A stretch of DNA of 64,000 bases from Squalus acanthias (taxonomy: Eukaryota): contig CM059432.1 in the NCBI GenBank assembly GCA_030390025.1, forward strand, positions 133,116,001 through 133,180,000, given 5' to 3'. Made by a program: the position numbers and the translations under genes. The first letter of the stretch is position 1. The number at the start of each line of letters is the position of its first letter. The notes beneath the pieces are model-generated. The model was not told the origin of the DNA, searched no databases, and saw only the letters and a list, made by a program, of their open reading frames with translations. Below, in pieces: positions 38,621-51,631 of the stretch.

Positions 38621-39119
38621 GTAGAATTATTGAGCTCAATCGCCAAAACAGATGAAAAAAATTCCAGTATCCCATGTAATAAAATAAAGTAATTTGATTT
38701 ATTCAGTTTTGAAATGTAGTCACTGTTGTAATGTGGGAAACGTGGCAGGCAGTTTGTGCACAGCAAGGTCCAACAAACAGCAATGAGATAAGTGACCAGA
38801 TAATCTGTTTTTAGTGATGCTGGTTGAGGGAGAAATATTGGCCAGGATACCGGGGGAGAACTAAAATTTGATTTCCTAATTGGTCTTTGTTTAACTCAAG
38901 GGTGGTGAGGCCAACTTCCTGCCATTCTTTGTCAATCCAAAGCAATTCTTCATTTTCTGGTTCTAATGTAACAGTTTTTTTTTAATGGATTGTACCTCAA
39001 GTAATCAATACTATAGCAGTGATATTGTCTTACAAGAGTTCTGTCACAATTTGAAGGATTCATCAGAGTGCTCTTGACATATGCCAGTCGTTTGCACGAG
39101 TGAAAGGAGAGCAGCAACA

Positions 39120-39440
39120 CACCATCAACAGCACCTCCCAAACCCGCGACCTCTACCACCTAGAAGGACAAGGGCAGCAGGCGCAGGGGAACACCACCAC
39201 CTCCAGGTTCCCCTCCAAGTCACATACCATCCTGACTTGGAAATATATTGCCGTTCCTTCATCATCGCTGGGTCAAAATCCTGGAACTCCCTCCCTGACA
39301 GCACTGTGGGAGTACCTTCACCACACGGACTGCAGCGGTTCAAGAAGGCGGCTCACCACCACCTTCTCAAGGGCAATTAGGGATGGGCAATAAATGCTGG
39401 CCTTGCCAGTGATGCTTCCGTCCCAGGAATTAATTAAAGA
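39120..39440 (+). mobile_element. 3' end of a non-LTR element (CR1/L2 group); another fragment at ~41384-41535
   Basis: LPNPRPLPPRRTRAA...SKSWNSLPDSTV...FKKAAHHHLLKGN*; 41384: YKEQVRSVMEHSPLAWMSAAPTTLKKLDTIQ. Confidence 0.75.
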
Positions 39441-41531
39441 AAAATGTTCTATTCATTCAATGGGACAAACTTTAGCCACTTCCTGCAACATGTCATACAG
39501 TCTGGACTCATAACCCTTTCCCTGAACAAACCTATGTTACAGTTTGAACAAGTTGCACTCCAGATAGAATTCATTTAGATTTCTGTTTTTTTTTAATTAA
39601 ATAATATTTCACATCGGAAGAGGACTGTATGAATGAAATGTCTGCCATTCAGCAAGAACATGAACAGAAAAAATGGAAAATAAATTCTCAGCGACAAAAG
39701 CAATATTCAGGCTCAAATATCATGATGCCTGGAACTTTGTGTCATTCAGAAAACATCTGTTTGATTTCGACCTTCCAAAGTGCATTCCCCATAATTTGAA
39801 TGTTGGAGTCTCGCAAAGGACAAAAGTCAGAAATGTCTATTGTTTCAGCATGCACCTGATTCTGGCAAATAATGCTGCAAGTGTAATAGAAATTGAAGAG
39901 TAGCTCTGTTTAAAATCCAGTCAGAGTGTTTGATTCATTGCAAGCAATTTCTAATATAATCTAAAGTCAGCTTCAAACCACTGGCCCGGAATTTGCAGTC
40001 AGCGGCAAGGCAAAGGCATTCGCCGCTGGCCACGAAGTAAGCTTCGCCCAAAGATGTTGCGATCTCTGTGTTGAGAGGTTCGGGTTTTCCGACGTGTAAT
40101 TCCAATCAGCGGAGCATAGTGGGAATCCCAGAGTGCGAGCTGCTGTGACGTCAACAAGTGGTCTAAGCAGCCAATCAAAACACAGAATTCTCACAGACAG
40201 CGAACATGGAAGTGGGTAAGCTCTTAAAATTCCAATTTTTAAAAAAAATGTTAGAGAGAGCAAAACAAGATTGGGGTTCTCCCGAGGGCAAAAGGCAAAC
40301 CTGAAATTTTGACACTGCACAAAATTAAAATTAATTTTTCAGGCCCATAACATTTGTTTAGCGGTCAATATGCTATTAAAACCCCAGTTACACCTAATCC
40401 CTTTGGCTCGAACTTTTAGTGGAGAATTTGACAGCGTAATTACTGCGGGAGAGCCAAAGTTTTCGTCAGTTTCACTGAGTTGAGTGATTACACAGATTGC
40501 CGGCTCTGTGGTGGGGGTGGGGGAGGGGTGGGCGCACAGCGCAGTGAACGACAGACCGCTACTTCAGGATTTACGGATTAGGTTGCGCATGGACTAAATC
40601 CTGAAGTTGCGGTCAGTTTCAAAGGCGGAATGACGGCAAACGCCATTATTGCAGAACAGGAAAGATCGCTGCTGTTGGTACAACAGCCCTGGGGTTCTAC
40701 AATTTTACTTACTGTTGCATTGAGGCCTAACTGGGCCGAGTGGTAGGGAAGGTCTGTACAGGCCTGTATGAGTCAAGAGAGAGCGCCATTCAGCCTCTTT
40801 GGCTCTCCCTCCAATGGCAGTAGGTGCTCTGATGTCTGAGGTGGCACTGCCATTGAAGGAATAGCTGAAAAGCAGATAATGTGGTGGTGTGCACTGTCTC
40901 TGAAGGCAGGAGCACACTCTTGGTTGCTTGGCAAATTCACAAGTGCTATCGATGACAAACTGCTAATACAAATGGAGCATAAGGTAACGCGCCAAACTAG
41001 CTCAAGTGCATATACACTCTACCTGCTACATGGAGGTGGTTTATAGAAACATTCCGCCAAACTGTAAATCACAAGACACTATGAATTAAAGCTCAGCAAT
41101 TATGGGACTTCTTAGTGCCCAATTAATTAAGGTAACAGTTTGATTGAGCCGTCAAAAGTTGTATTGTTTTTTGTTATTTTGTATTTATTGTTTCTAAGCC
41201 ACTTTCTCCCAGTTCCTCAGTTCCACACCATCAGCCATCCCAAGCTGAGAGTTCTGATAGGTTTAGTCTTGTTCTCAGACCTGCGCCACTTTTGAATCAT
41301 TTGCTCGGAGAAGTCCAGCAGAATTATGGTCCACCATCAATTCTCATACAACACGCTGCTCTTTACAGGCATAACACCTACCACCTACAAAGAACAAGTC
41401 AGGAGTGTGATGGAACACTCTCCACTTGCCTGGATGAGTGCAGCTCCAACAACACTCAAGAAGCTCGACACCATCCAGGACAAAGCAGCCCGCTTGATCG
41501 GCACCCCATCCACCACCTTAAACATTCACTC

Positions 41532-41925
41532 CCTTTACAGCCAATGAAGTACTTTTGGAGCGTAGTCACTGTTGTGATGTAGGAAATGTGACAGCCAATT
41601 TGAGCACAGCAAGGTCCCACTTACAGCAATGTGATAATGACAGATAATCTAGATAATTTAGTGATGTGAATGAGAGATAAGTATTGGGCAGGACACCGGG
41701 GAGAACTTCCCTGCTCTTCTCCGAAATAGTGGCCATGGGATCTTTAACATTCTCCTGAGAGGGCAGATGGGTTTAACGCCTCATTCAAAAGATGGCAGCT
41801 CTGACAGTGCAGCACTCCCTCAGTACTGCGCTGGAGTATCAGCCTAGATTTTGTGTTCAAATTTCTGGAGTGGGACTTGAACGCACAACCTTCTGACTTA
41901 GAGGCAAACGTACTACCACTGACCC
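41532..41925 (-). mobile_element. Deu-domain SINE
   Basis: Head and core match the other copies. Confidence 0.8.
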
Positions 41926-44900
41926 TGACTAAAATAAGCAAATTAGACAAGTCATGAATTGAAGGACACCAAGCTAATCCACTGAAACCGCCAATGTCCA
42001 TTTCTGCAGTACACTTAGCTAAAAGGCTTAGTATAGATACAGAATGATCTAATAATAAGTTTTAGATTATGAAATCCTGCACAATTAGGCAAAATATACA
42101 TTTTAAGCAAGACACATTCTAAGAGAGTATAATGCATATGTTTGTTGAAGTGCCCCTAGATTTACTGGTGAATTCCTGCAGAATGTTCTGCCTACGCATT
42201 ATTATGATACGACTGCCTCTGGATATGGAGTTTTGTTTTTCTAGAAAGATTTGTTTATGCACAGCAAGATAAATGCTTGATCCAACCAATAACACTAAGT
42301 TTTTTTTTAAATTTAACAGTCGAAAAGCAATTTTAAAATGTAGGACCAGAGAGATATATCAAAAAGGAACAGGCTTGTTGCATCTGATAGTCATTTTCTG
42401 CTCCTAGAAATCCTTACATCCACTGCATCAGCTGTATAAAATGATACCGTAATGACTTTACTGGCAGCAGACTGGTGAACAGTGCCTGTTGTGGGGAACC
42501 TTGATGGACTGAATAGTTCTCTATGAAGATTACTGTGAGGTTACGTTCATGTATGACCTTATGATTCAGCTCAAGGGGAGGTAGCAATAATGACTTAGAA
42601 AGCCAACTGGGGGATAGGTATCAAAACCACAAATGAATTCTTAAAAAATAATTAGGGAGGCATCCTGTCTCCAAAGGGCCTGTTGATTTTATATAATTGA
42701 AATGCTTATTTTAAATCCTACTGGGAGTTTGGACCATGGAGTATTAAAGCACAGGACTCTGCAAATGGCTCATTGTTTCAAGTTAACACCCTTATTAATT
42801 TACAGTCAAAATACCAGTACAGTGTGGCAGTCAAGCCCAGCTATTCCACTTTCCAGACTGACAATCCTATTAATTAACACGAAATAGTGTTTGGATTTCA
42901 ATACTAATTTCAGTGTTTGCCATTAAAAAAAAAGGTTTGGCATTTAATATAATTGATGTCCTTCAACCTGAGGAGTGGACTTAACAGTGAAGTGTAACAG
43001 TGTCTTAAACTGTAGAATGGTGCCTTTTTTTAAATGAAATAGCATCGTAACTTGGCGTACTGTGTGCTTGACTGTTGCACCCTGGCAGACTATGAATAAT
43101 GATGGTTTCAGCACAAGCCCCATGTGACACAGGAAACTCAAGGTGACAGCACCTCCCTGCCATTAATTTTTTTTATCCTTTTCCTCTGCGTATCCTGCTT
43201 CCTCCCCCCCGCACCCCGCCCCCATCCCCACACACACACACTTTGACATTATCTGCAAACTCAGGCATTGTAACTTTAATACTTTCACCGAGATCAATCC
43301 TAAATGTTGTGGACAGTCGAAACCTGAACCCTGAGGTAATAAGTTGGTCACAGATGTCCAATTAGAACCACTATCATTGACCCCCTTTCCTTTGTTTCCT
43401 TTTTTTAGCCAGTTTATTATCCAATTTACAACATCCTTCTTTATTCCTGGGCCTTCCGGCACTAAAACATTTAAAATTCAAAAGTCAATATCCCGGATTT
43501 GGAGTTTTACAATCCCAGTGTTGATATTAATTCAACGGTGACCTGCTGGAAAACATTCCCATTTCAGCTGTGATAACCCATGGAGTGCCTAAGGTGGGCT
43601 GCTGCGGAGACGGTAGTCCACGTATTGGGTTAAATAGAATTACGAGAGTGACAGGAGTTATATATCCCACGGTACATTTAGCACCACTCACCAGGCATTG
43701 CGTTTGTGTAGAAAGTAACAGGCAGTCTCCGGATATAAAAGGTTTCTGTTTATCGCAATGTTACTGTTATTTTACTATTTTGTTTCTGTTCTGGTTGAGA
43801 TATGGAAGGATGATGTAGACCCCTTTTTTATTACAAATAATTAAGGGGATTATTTAACTGGCAATCATTCAGTGAGAGAAATAATAACGTATTCTGCTTT
43901 AATGAAGCAAACTATAATGGATTTGAAGACTACAAAGTGAGAAATTGTCTGGTTGAAATGCATCCAACATATTTTAGAAGTCTGGTAGCTTCTCTATGAT
44001 GGCTCGTGTGGAGCATGGACTTGTTGGGCCAAATGGCCTGTTTCTGTGCTGTAAATACTTTGCAATGCTTTGTGATTAGCAGAGTGACACTAGCGTACCA
44101 TTGTGAAGCACTTTTGTGCTAAATTCTGGCTACCAATAGGCTTTCTATTTTTCCATTGTCTCAAACTTCACATTCAAGGAGTTACCACCAGGGCTTACAG
44201 CAGACCTAATATTATACCTAATACTGTCCGCCTCCTTTATTTTTTCCTTTTTGAGCAGTAAGACCAGCAAGAAGCTAGTCACATGTCTGCCTTGGTGCTC
44301 GAGCTGCAATGTCTAAAGCATCTTGGGAGTTTACCTATCGGACAGGCCTCCGGTTAGTGCTGCTGCATCAGGAAAGAAATGAAAGCACAGAGTAAAAGAA
44401 GAAACAGCCTATTGTGTCAGCTACAGGCTGTGACACTGAGTGGTAGGCCGCAGGTCTGTGCCCAGGTTGCCCCATGTAGCTTAGCTCTTGGGCTCCACTG
44501 AACCACAAAGAGCAGATGGCTGGTGTGTGGCTGGAGGAATAGGTTTCCCCTCACAGAAAGGGGAAGAGAAAAAGAGAGTCAAATGGCCAGTCACCCCAGG
44601 CCATTCTTTTCTCCCTGTCCCGAGCAGATTTGAAAACCCAAGCCCTGGGAGGTAGTCGATTGCTCACACTCCCACCCACAGCTAAGGAATGGTTTCTGGC
44701 ACAGGAAATAGGAACCTAAAATCTTTAAAATGGACTAAAGCATGTCCTGAATGTTGAGATAACTCAGCGTGTAGGACATATTTTAGTACATTCCAAAACA
44801 ACCAAAGAACGAATTACAGAATTTGACTTGGGTCCTAATTTATGTCTAATTAAAATGCTAACTTTCATGAATAGTTCCTTTCATGTAAGAACAGAACCTA

Positions 44901-45742
44901 AACACAAAAAATCAGTTAATTACAACAAACACTGTTTTCATGACACTGTAATTGGACCTCGGTGAAATGAATGACTCCGCTGGGGATGCCCTAATGAACG
45001 TTAAAGTCCAAACATAAAGCAGACACTTAAGCAGTCAGGCCAATACTTCCTAATGAAATCAAATGAAATCAAATCACAGAACAAGACATTTTTATTGAGC
45101 AGATCTCTCATTGGCACATTCCCCGAGCAAAAATATTTTCTCTCCAAATTGTGGAAAAAAGTAGCTAAGTGCTCTCAAGTACTTCACAGCTGTTTAGCAA
45201 AGTGGTTAAAAACATGAACTAGGGTAAGTAGAACCTATGAGTGCGTCACAACTAATGTCTTGGATGTGTTATATTGACTGCAGTTAAGGATTACTACGGT
45301 AAACTATTGACCTGAGGTCACAGAAGTAACTAGTGTTATAACAGCCAAAGCCCATGGCTCAGGGCTTGATTGCACTTAAGGCAGATTGTTATTTCATTTG
45401 AGTGGCTGCCCAATTGGCATAGTGTTTGGCGGTGTTAATGTTATTTAACTACACAAACGCACAAGTAGCATTAATGCCACACACCGTGCGATATTTTACC
45501 ATGCCGTTACACTCGGGCCCAATTGTGCTGATCCCTATCCTTCAGTTGATTTCATGCCCTTGCATCAACCCTGTCCCTGAGAGAGACAAAAACCAGAGAC
45601 CTGTTGCTGGTTCAGGAGCCTGCCATTAAAAGTTCCTTTCTGACCCCATGTGGGTAATGAGGCGAGCCCCAAGAGGTCCCAGATCCATGCATTATTTTCC
45701 AGAATAATGTACTCTGACCTTTGCATACGCTGTCATCACTAT

Positions 45743-46484
45743 GGCCCAAAATTTGCTGGGGAAATAACGGCGAGTTTAAATGCGCCTGCCATTATTAGCG
45801 CGTAACGAAAAAACTCAGCAATTTGTGGCGAGGAAGAGAGACGCCATGAGTTGCGGTCGCCACAAATTGCTGGATGATTTGTGCCGCTCTGCCGTTAGCC
45901 TTGCAAAAATGGGATCTCGCCGTCAATCTCCCCGGGTCAAGAAATTGCTGGATTTGCACCTTAAATATGAGTTAAACTCGCCACAGAAAGTTAGGGCTGT
46001 TAATTAACGACATAAGGACCTTTTAATGAGGAGATTTATGTTCCTGCAATGCCACTCAACCTTGGAGGCCCAGAAAGGGAACAACTGAAACTGTCGAGTC
46101 TCACTCCTGCAGGTAGTAAATTGTTCCCAGACGTTTTTTCTAAAAAAAATCTTACTTTTCTTTTCTGTCTCTTTTCTCTCTCTCTCTATCTCTTAATCCA
46201 ATATTTCTTTCCCTCGCTTTATTTTTCTAATTTGACTTGAATTCACCCAATTTCCTTCTCAGTCGTTCCACTGTTTCTTTCACTCTCCTTAAATCCCACT
46301 GGTTAAGGAGGTAGACTGTTGTTCCCGTCGTTCACCAAGGTCCCAGATGTCCTCGCTATGCCGTTATCAACTTGCACTTCCAGTAAATTTGTAGCGCAAA
46401 AATTTTTCAAGCTGAAGGGTGAGGAAAAAAATCTAATAAAAAGAGGTACACCGCAAGATGCCCCAATTCAGCAAAATCTGGGCC
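45743..46484. mobile_element. Harbinger-type MITE (a similar element at ~39983-40660)
   Basis: 16-bp TIRs GGCCCAAAATTTGCTG / CAGCAAAATCTGGGCC; TSD not conserved. Confidence 0.65.
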
Positions 46485-46871
46485 TTCGTTTTCCAGAAAC
46501 CATCCAATACCTTCTTGAAAGGGTGTAAGGAAATTCTTCACTGGTTCATCTGGAATCCTGGTCAACAGGTCTATCAACCTCAGGGAAAAGTAAAATATCT
46601 CTCATTCCTCATCATGCAAGTGGATAATGCGTCTGAGGTGATAGGGTGATAGAACTTCATCCATTGAATTTTATCATTTCAAACACGCTATTCACTTGTA
46701 TGATGTCCATGTGTTTAATAATTTTAAATACCTGAATCAGATTCCCTCTAAGTCTGCATGTCTCCAGATAGTACAAACCCAAGGCATTCTGTTTTCCATC
46801 ATAGCTCAATGATCTTGGTCCAGAGATTATCCTTGTTGTGCTTCTCTGAGCCACAATATCTTTCCTGAAGT

Positions 46872-47044
46872 GAGAAGTCGCACAACACCAGGTTATAGTC
46901 CAACAGTTTTATTTGAAATCACAAGCTTTCGGAGCTGCTGCCCCTTCCTCAGGTGACTTCAAATAAAACTGTTGGACTATAACCTGATGTTGTGCGACTT
47001 CTCACTTTTGTCCACCCCAGTCCAACACCGGCATCTCCGCATCA
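46872..47044. mobile_element. Penelope-derived mini-palindrome
   Basis: Inverted pLTR ends plus the extension TTTTGTCCACCCCAGTCCAACACCGGCATCTCCGCATCA; 11-bp TSD TTTCCTGAAGT (46861-46871 / 47045-47055). Confidence 0.92.
46919..46956 (-). ncRNA. Minimal type I hammerhead ribozyme motif
   Basis: Minus strand UCAC-CUGAGGA-A-GGGGC/agca/GCUCC-GAAA-GC-UU^GUGA. Confidence 0.8.
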
Positions 47045-48353
47045 TTTCCTGAAGTAGGGAGGGGGGCAAAACTGGACACAATAATTAGCCACTTTGTGCC
47101 TCACTTGCATGGGATTTCCATGCTTGCATCTGCTGAGGGTGTAACTGCCCACCCCCTTCCCCTCAAACCTGGTATCTCCAGGAAATACCTGGGGCAAGCA
47201 AACTCATCTGATTTTTGGGGATTCCGTTGAACTCAGGTTCTGAGGCATTATAATAATATTGGGGATAATTTTCATCTTCATAACTTGGGTGGTAAACTAG
47301 CGGAGCGGAACGTCCACCCATTATATGGAAATGCAAATCGGGCGGGTTCTATAATCGTGGGCGATCCGATCCCCCAGTCTACCGTCTAAGTGGTGAAGGT
47401 GACAATTAGCCCCATTGAGTGTGAAATAGAGCCTGTTGCCTTCCGCTCTTTGCTTTCCCCTCTAAGCTATGAATTTGTCAGCCAAAAGCTCGGATTTATA
47501 TTTCCTTTCATCCGCTAGGAGTGTTTCCTCTTGAGTAACATGACGTTAGTTGAATAGTTCAGCTTGTAGTGGTGACTCTCGAGATGTCTATGTAGTTCAA
47601 ACACCACAGTCCGAGCAGTTGAAGAAGATAAACTATAACTCAGTCCTCTTATCAATTCAAACTCGCATATAAACATCAGAAAGTACAGAACCAGGAACTG
47701 CAGTCCATCTGGCCGGTCCCAAAAACTAATACCCCTCAATTGCCCCTGCCCTCATATATCTGTCTAATTCTCCCTTATATTTTTCTCACACTATCTGCCT
47801 CCCTGGACAGTCCATTCCACATGTACAATACCTTCCTTCTTCTAAGCTTAAGCCCCTGTCCCCTGTTTGTAGAGCTTGTGGTGACCCTCGAATGGGTACA
47901 AGTGATTTAAAGAAAAGTACACAGCAAGAGCACTAAAACTGCAGCTCTGCCATCAGTACAATCATATTTTGTTCCTGCCAACTTCTGGACACCAGCAAGT
48001 AGGACATTCCAAGGTCTGAGCTCTGCTGTCATGACCCAGGCTGAGACTTGAATCTCAAGCATTACGGCACAGGGAAGATTCAAGTCTCAGAAATTTCAGT
48101 GCTGAGCCTCGGAATTTGGGGGTTATTGAGGATATGGACCAGCGTTTGTTACAAGAAGAAATTTGTAATCACTGAGTGCTGAATTCCATTTATTTTAGTA
48201 CAGCAACCCCCATCCTGATATATGATAATCAAAGTGCCTTTGTCCTGAATCTTCTATTTTATGCAGTGCCATGAGGATTTTTCAATTACTGGGAGCACAG
48301 TAAGTATTTTTTTTTAAATGCACAGAGGTTATTTCAATCCTTAGACTGTTAAC

Positions 48354-50243
48354 ATGGTGTATTGTGGACAATTCTGGGCACCACACTTCAGGAAAGATGC
48401 AAAGACCTTAGAAAGGGTACAGAGGAGGTTTACCAGGATGTTACCAGGGATCAGGGACTTCAGTTATGAGGAAAGGTTGGAAAAGTTAGGACTGTTCTCC
48501 TTGGAACAGAAAAGGTTAAGAGGTGACCCAATAGAGGTTTTCAAGATGATGAGAGGTTTTCATAGAGTAGATAGAGAAAAACCATTCCCTCTGGCGAGTG
48601 GGTCAATAACGAAAGATCATAGATTTAAAATCATTGGCAAAAGATCTAGAGGGGAGATAGAAACATAGAAACATAGAAGATAGGAGCAGGAGTAGGCCAT
48701 TCGGCCCCTCGAGCCTGCTCCGCCATTCAATGCGATCATGGCTGATCATCCAAATTCAGTACCCTGTCCCTGCTTTCTCCCCATATCCCTTGATCCCTTT
48801 AGCCTTAAGAAATATATCTAACTCCTTCTTGAATATATTTAATGAATTGGCCTCAACTGCCTTCTGTGGTAGAGAATTCCACAGGTTCACCACTCTCTGG
48901 GTGAAGAAATTCCTCCTCATCTCAGTCCTAAATGGCTTACCCCTTATCCTTAGACTGTGACTCCTGGTTCTGGACTCCCCCACCATCAGGAACATCCTTC
49001 CTGCATCTAGTCTGTCTAGTCCTGTTAGAATTTTCTAAGTTTCAATGAGATCCCCTCTCATTCTTCTAAACTCTAGCGAATACAAGCCCAATCTTCCCAA
49101 TCTCTCTTCATACGTCATTCCTGCCATCCCAGGTATCAGTCTGGTGAATCTTCGCTGCACTCCCTCCATGGCAAGAACATCCTTCCTCAGATAAGGCGAC
49201 CAAAACTGCACACAATACTCAAGGTGTGGTCTCACCAAGGCCCTGTACAACTGCAGCAAGACATCCTTGCTCCTGTACTCGAATCCTCTCGCTATGAAGG
49301 CCAACATACCATTTGCCTTCTTAACCGCCTGCTGCACTTGCATGCTTACCTTCAACGACTGGTGCACAAGGACTCCCAGGTCTCGTTGCACTTCCCCTTT
49401 TCCCAATCTATTGCCGTTCAGATAATAATCTGCCTTCCTGTTTTTGCCACCAAAGTGGATAACCTCGCATTTATCCACATTATACTGCATCTGCCATGCA
49501 TCTGCCCAATCACCCAACTTGTCCAAATCATACTGGATTTTCTCTGCATCCTCCTCACAGCACACACGCCTACCCAGCTTTGTGTCGTCTGCAAACTTGG
49601 AGATATTACATCTAGTTCCCTCTTCTAGATCATTAATATATATTGTGAATAACTGGGGTCCTAGCACCGATCCCTGCGGTACCCCACTAGTCACTGCCTG
49701 CCACTCGGAAAAAGACCCGTTTATTCCAAATCTTTGCTTCCTGTCTGCCAACCAGTTTTCTATCCAAGTCAGTACCTTACCCCCAATCCCATGTGCTTTA
49801 ACTTTGCACGCTAATCTCTTATGCAGGACCTTATCGAAAGCCTTCTGAAAGTCCAAATACACCATATCCACTGGTTCTCCCTTATCTATTCTGCCAGTTA
49901 CATCCTCAAAAAATTCCAGTAGATTAGTCAGGCATGATTTACCTTTTGTAAATCCATGTTGACTTTGTCCGATCCTGTCACTGTTTTCCAAGATGAGGAG
50001 AAATATTTTCACTCAGAGAGTTGTCAGGATCTGGAACACTCTATCTGAAAATGTGGTGGAAGCTGATTCCATCAATAATTTTAAAAGGGAGTTGGACAGG
50101 TACTTGAGGATGAGGAAATTACAGGGTTATGGACAAAAAGCAGGGATGTGGGACTAAGCACGACTGCTCTTTCAAAGAGCCAGCACGGACACGACGGGCC
50201 GAATGGCCTCCTGCTGTGCTGTAAGTTTCTATGATTCTATGAT
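48354..50243 (+). mobile_element. CR1 3' fragment interrupted by an antisense CR1
   Basis: YCGQFWAPHFRKD...KRSRGE at 48354-48658 resumes at 49991 (MRRNIFTQRVVRIWN); tail TTCTATGATTCTATGAT. Confidence 0.9.
48659..49990 (-). mobile_element. CR1 LINE, 5'-truncated, with a largely intact RT domain
   Basis: ORF 49035-50012: YLDFQKAFDKV, GVPQGSVLGP, KFADDTKL; (TATGTTTC)n tail; possible TSD AGAT (48655-48658 / 49991-49994). Confidence 0.95.
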
Positions 50244-51631
50244 GTCCAAGGAAACGATTGCCTCCTAAAACCAGCGTGTTTAAAGTTTTAAGTTCATGCA
50301 ACATGGGGGCTGAATTTCCTCGGGGCATCTCCCACTCCGCTGCTGTAACTGTGGTGGAAATTTGGTGGTGACCCTGTTTACTTCGGGAGAAGCCCTGAGG
50401 AAATTCAGCGCCTCCCCCCCACCACCCCACCATGCTGCTAAAACAAACGCTAATATTACAGTAAAAAAAAAAGTCAGAGACCCTGGCTGAGTTTTTTCAC
50501 CTTACTGGCCCAGAGGTATAAGCCTCCATTGCTTCCTCGGCCCACATTAGCTAACTCACCACCGACCAAAGTTTGGATTTTACTTGATCTGTGTAGCTCA
50601 GTACCATGCCAATGACTGTATCTACTGACTGAACCATTGGCAGGAGCCCAGGCTGCATTATTACTTCCTCTTTTACTAGTGCGTAACCTAAAACCCATTT
50701 GTGCCATGGAATGTGAAGCTAATGTGTTTCTTGCGATGCAAATTAAATTGGATTCAGCCCAGCGTTTGTAATAGCCGGTTCAACTATGGATTCCTTGCCT
50801 AAATATGTGAAGTTGCTTGTGAATTTAATGTCCCTTCTGCTTTTGCTCCTGTTATATTTTGAACCGAGCCCATTCCATTTTCCCATAGATGGCAGCATTT
50901 TACAAAACACTTATTTGGTTGCTTTGCAATGCAAAGAATTTTTGAACCCACTCTATTCCCCAAACAAAAGTGATGAGACAATTCCATTCATATCCACCTC
51001 GTTAGCATCTCAAATAAACGTTTTGTGACCCAAATCTGTAGAATTGGTTTCTATAACCCCAAAGAGGACATGTTGAGGCAAGAAGTTATATTGCTATAAT
51101 TTTAAAAAGCAGTTGAAACAAGTTTTATTATGACTGTTAATTCTTAGTGACACAACTGTCTTTCCTTATTAGCACAGTTGGGTAGGTCTGATACCACTTG
51201 ATCAATAAGCAGCAGCATTCGCACACGTTATTATAACTTTTGGGCACTTTCAAACCTGAATATTTGATCTAGTCATAGACTTAGAAATAAACAGGCTCAA
51301 ACAAGCACTGATATTCATCCAATAAACAGCACTAAACAAATATTTAATATTTCACAATTCCACTAGTATTGATCTAATTAATGTTATGAACTATGTGCAT
51401 ATATAACTATGCAAATGTGTCTGATGTATTAAAAAAAACTTACATCGGCGTGCACTTGCTGCGTCGATTTTTTCCATTATAAATTCCTATGTCTGAATTT
51501 ACTGCCTCTGTAAGTTCGACACGCTGTAACTACACCCTCCTGCCAGTAGTGGCACTGTAGCACCTCAGTCTTGCGTCTTTCAACTCCTCTGCTTGCAGTG
51601 CAGAGAAACTGCTATGCTCCAACCAACTCTA

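Larger units (their letters stand above)
46650..47085 (-). mobile_element. Old CR1 RT C-terminal fragment split by a Penelope mini-element
   Basis: YCVQF..., LGLYYLETCRLRGNLIQVFKI. Confidence 0.7.
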
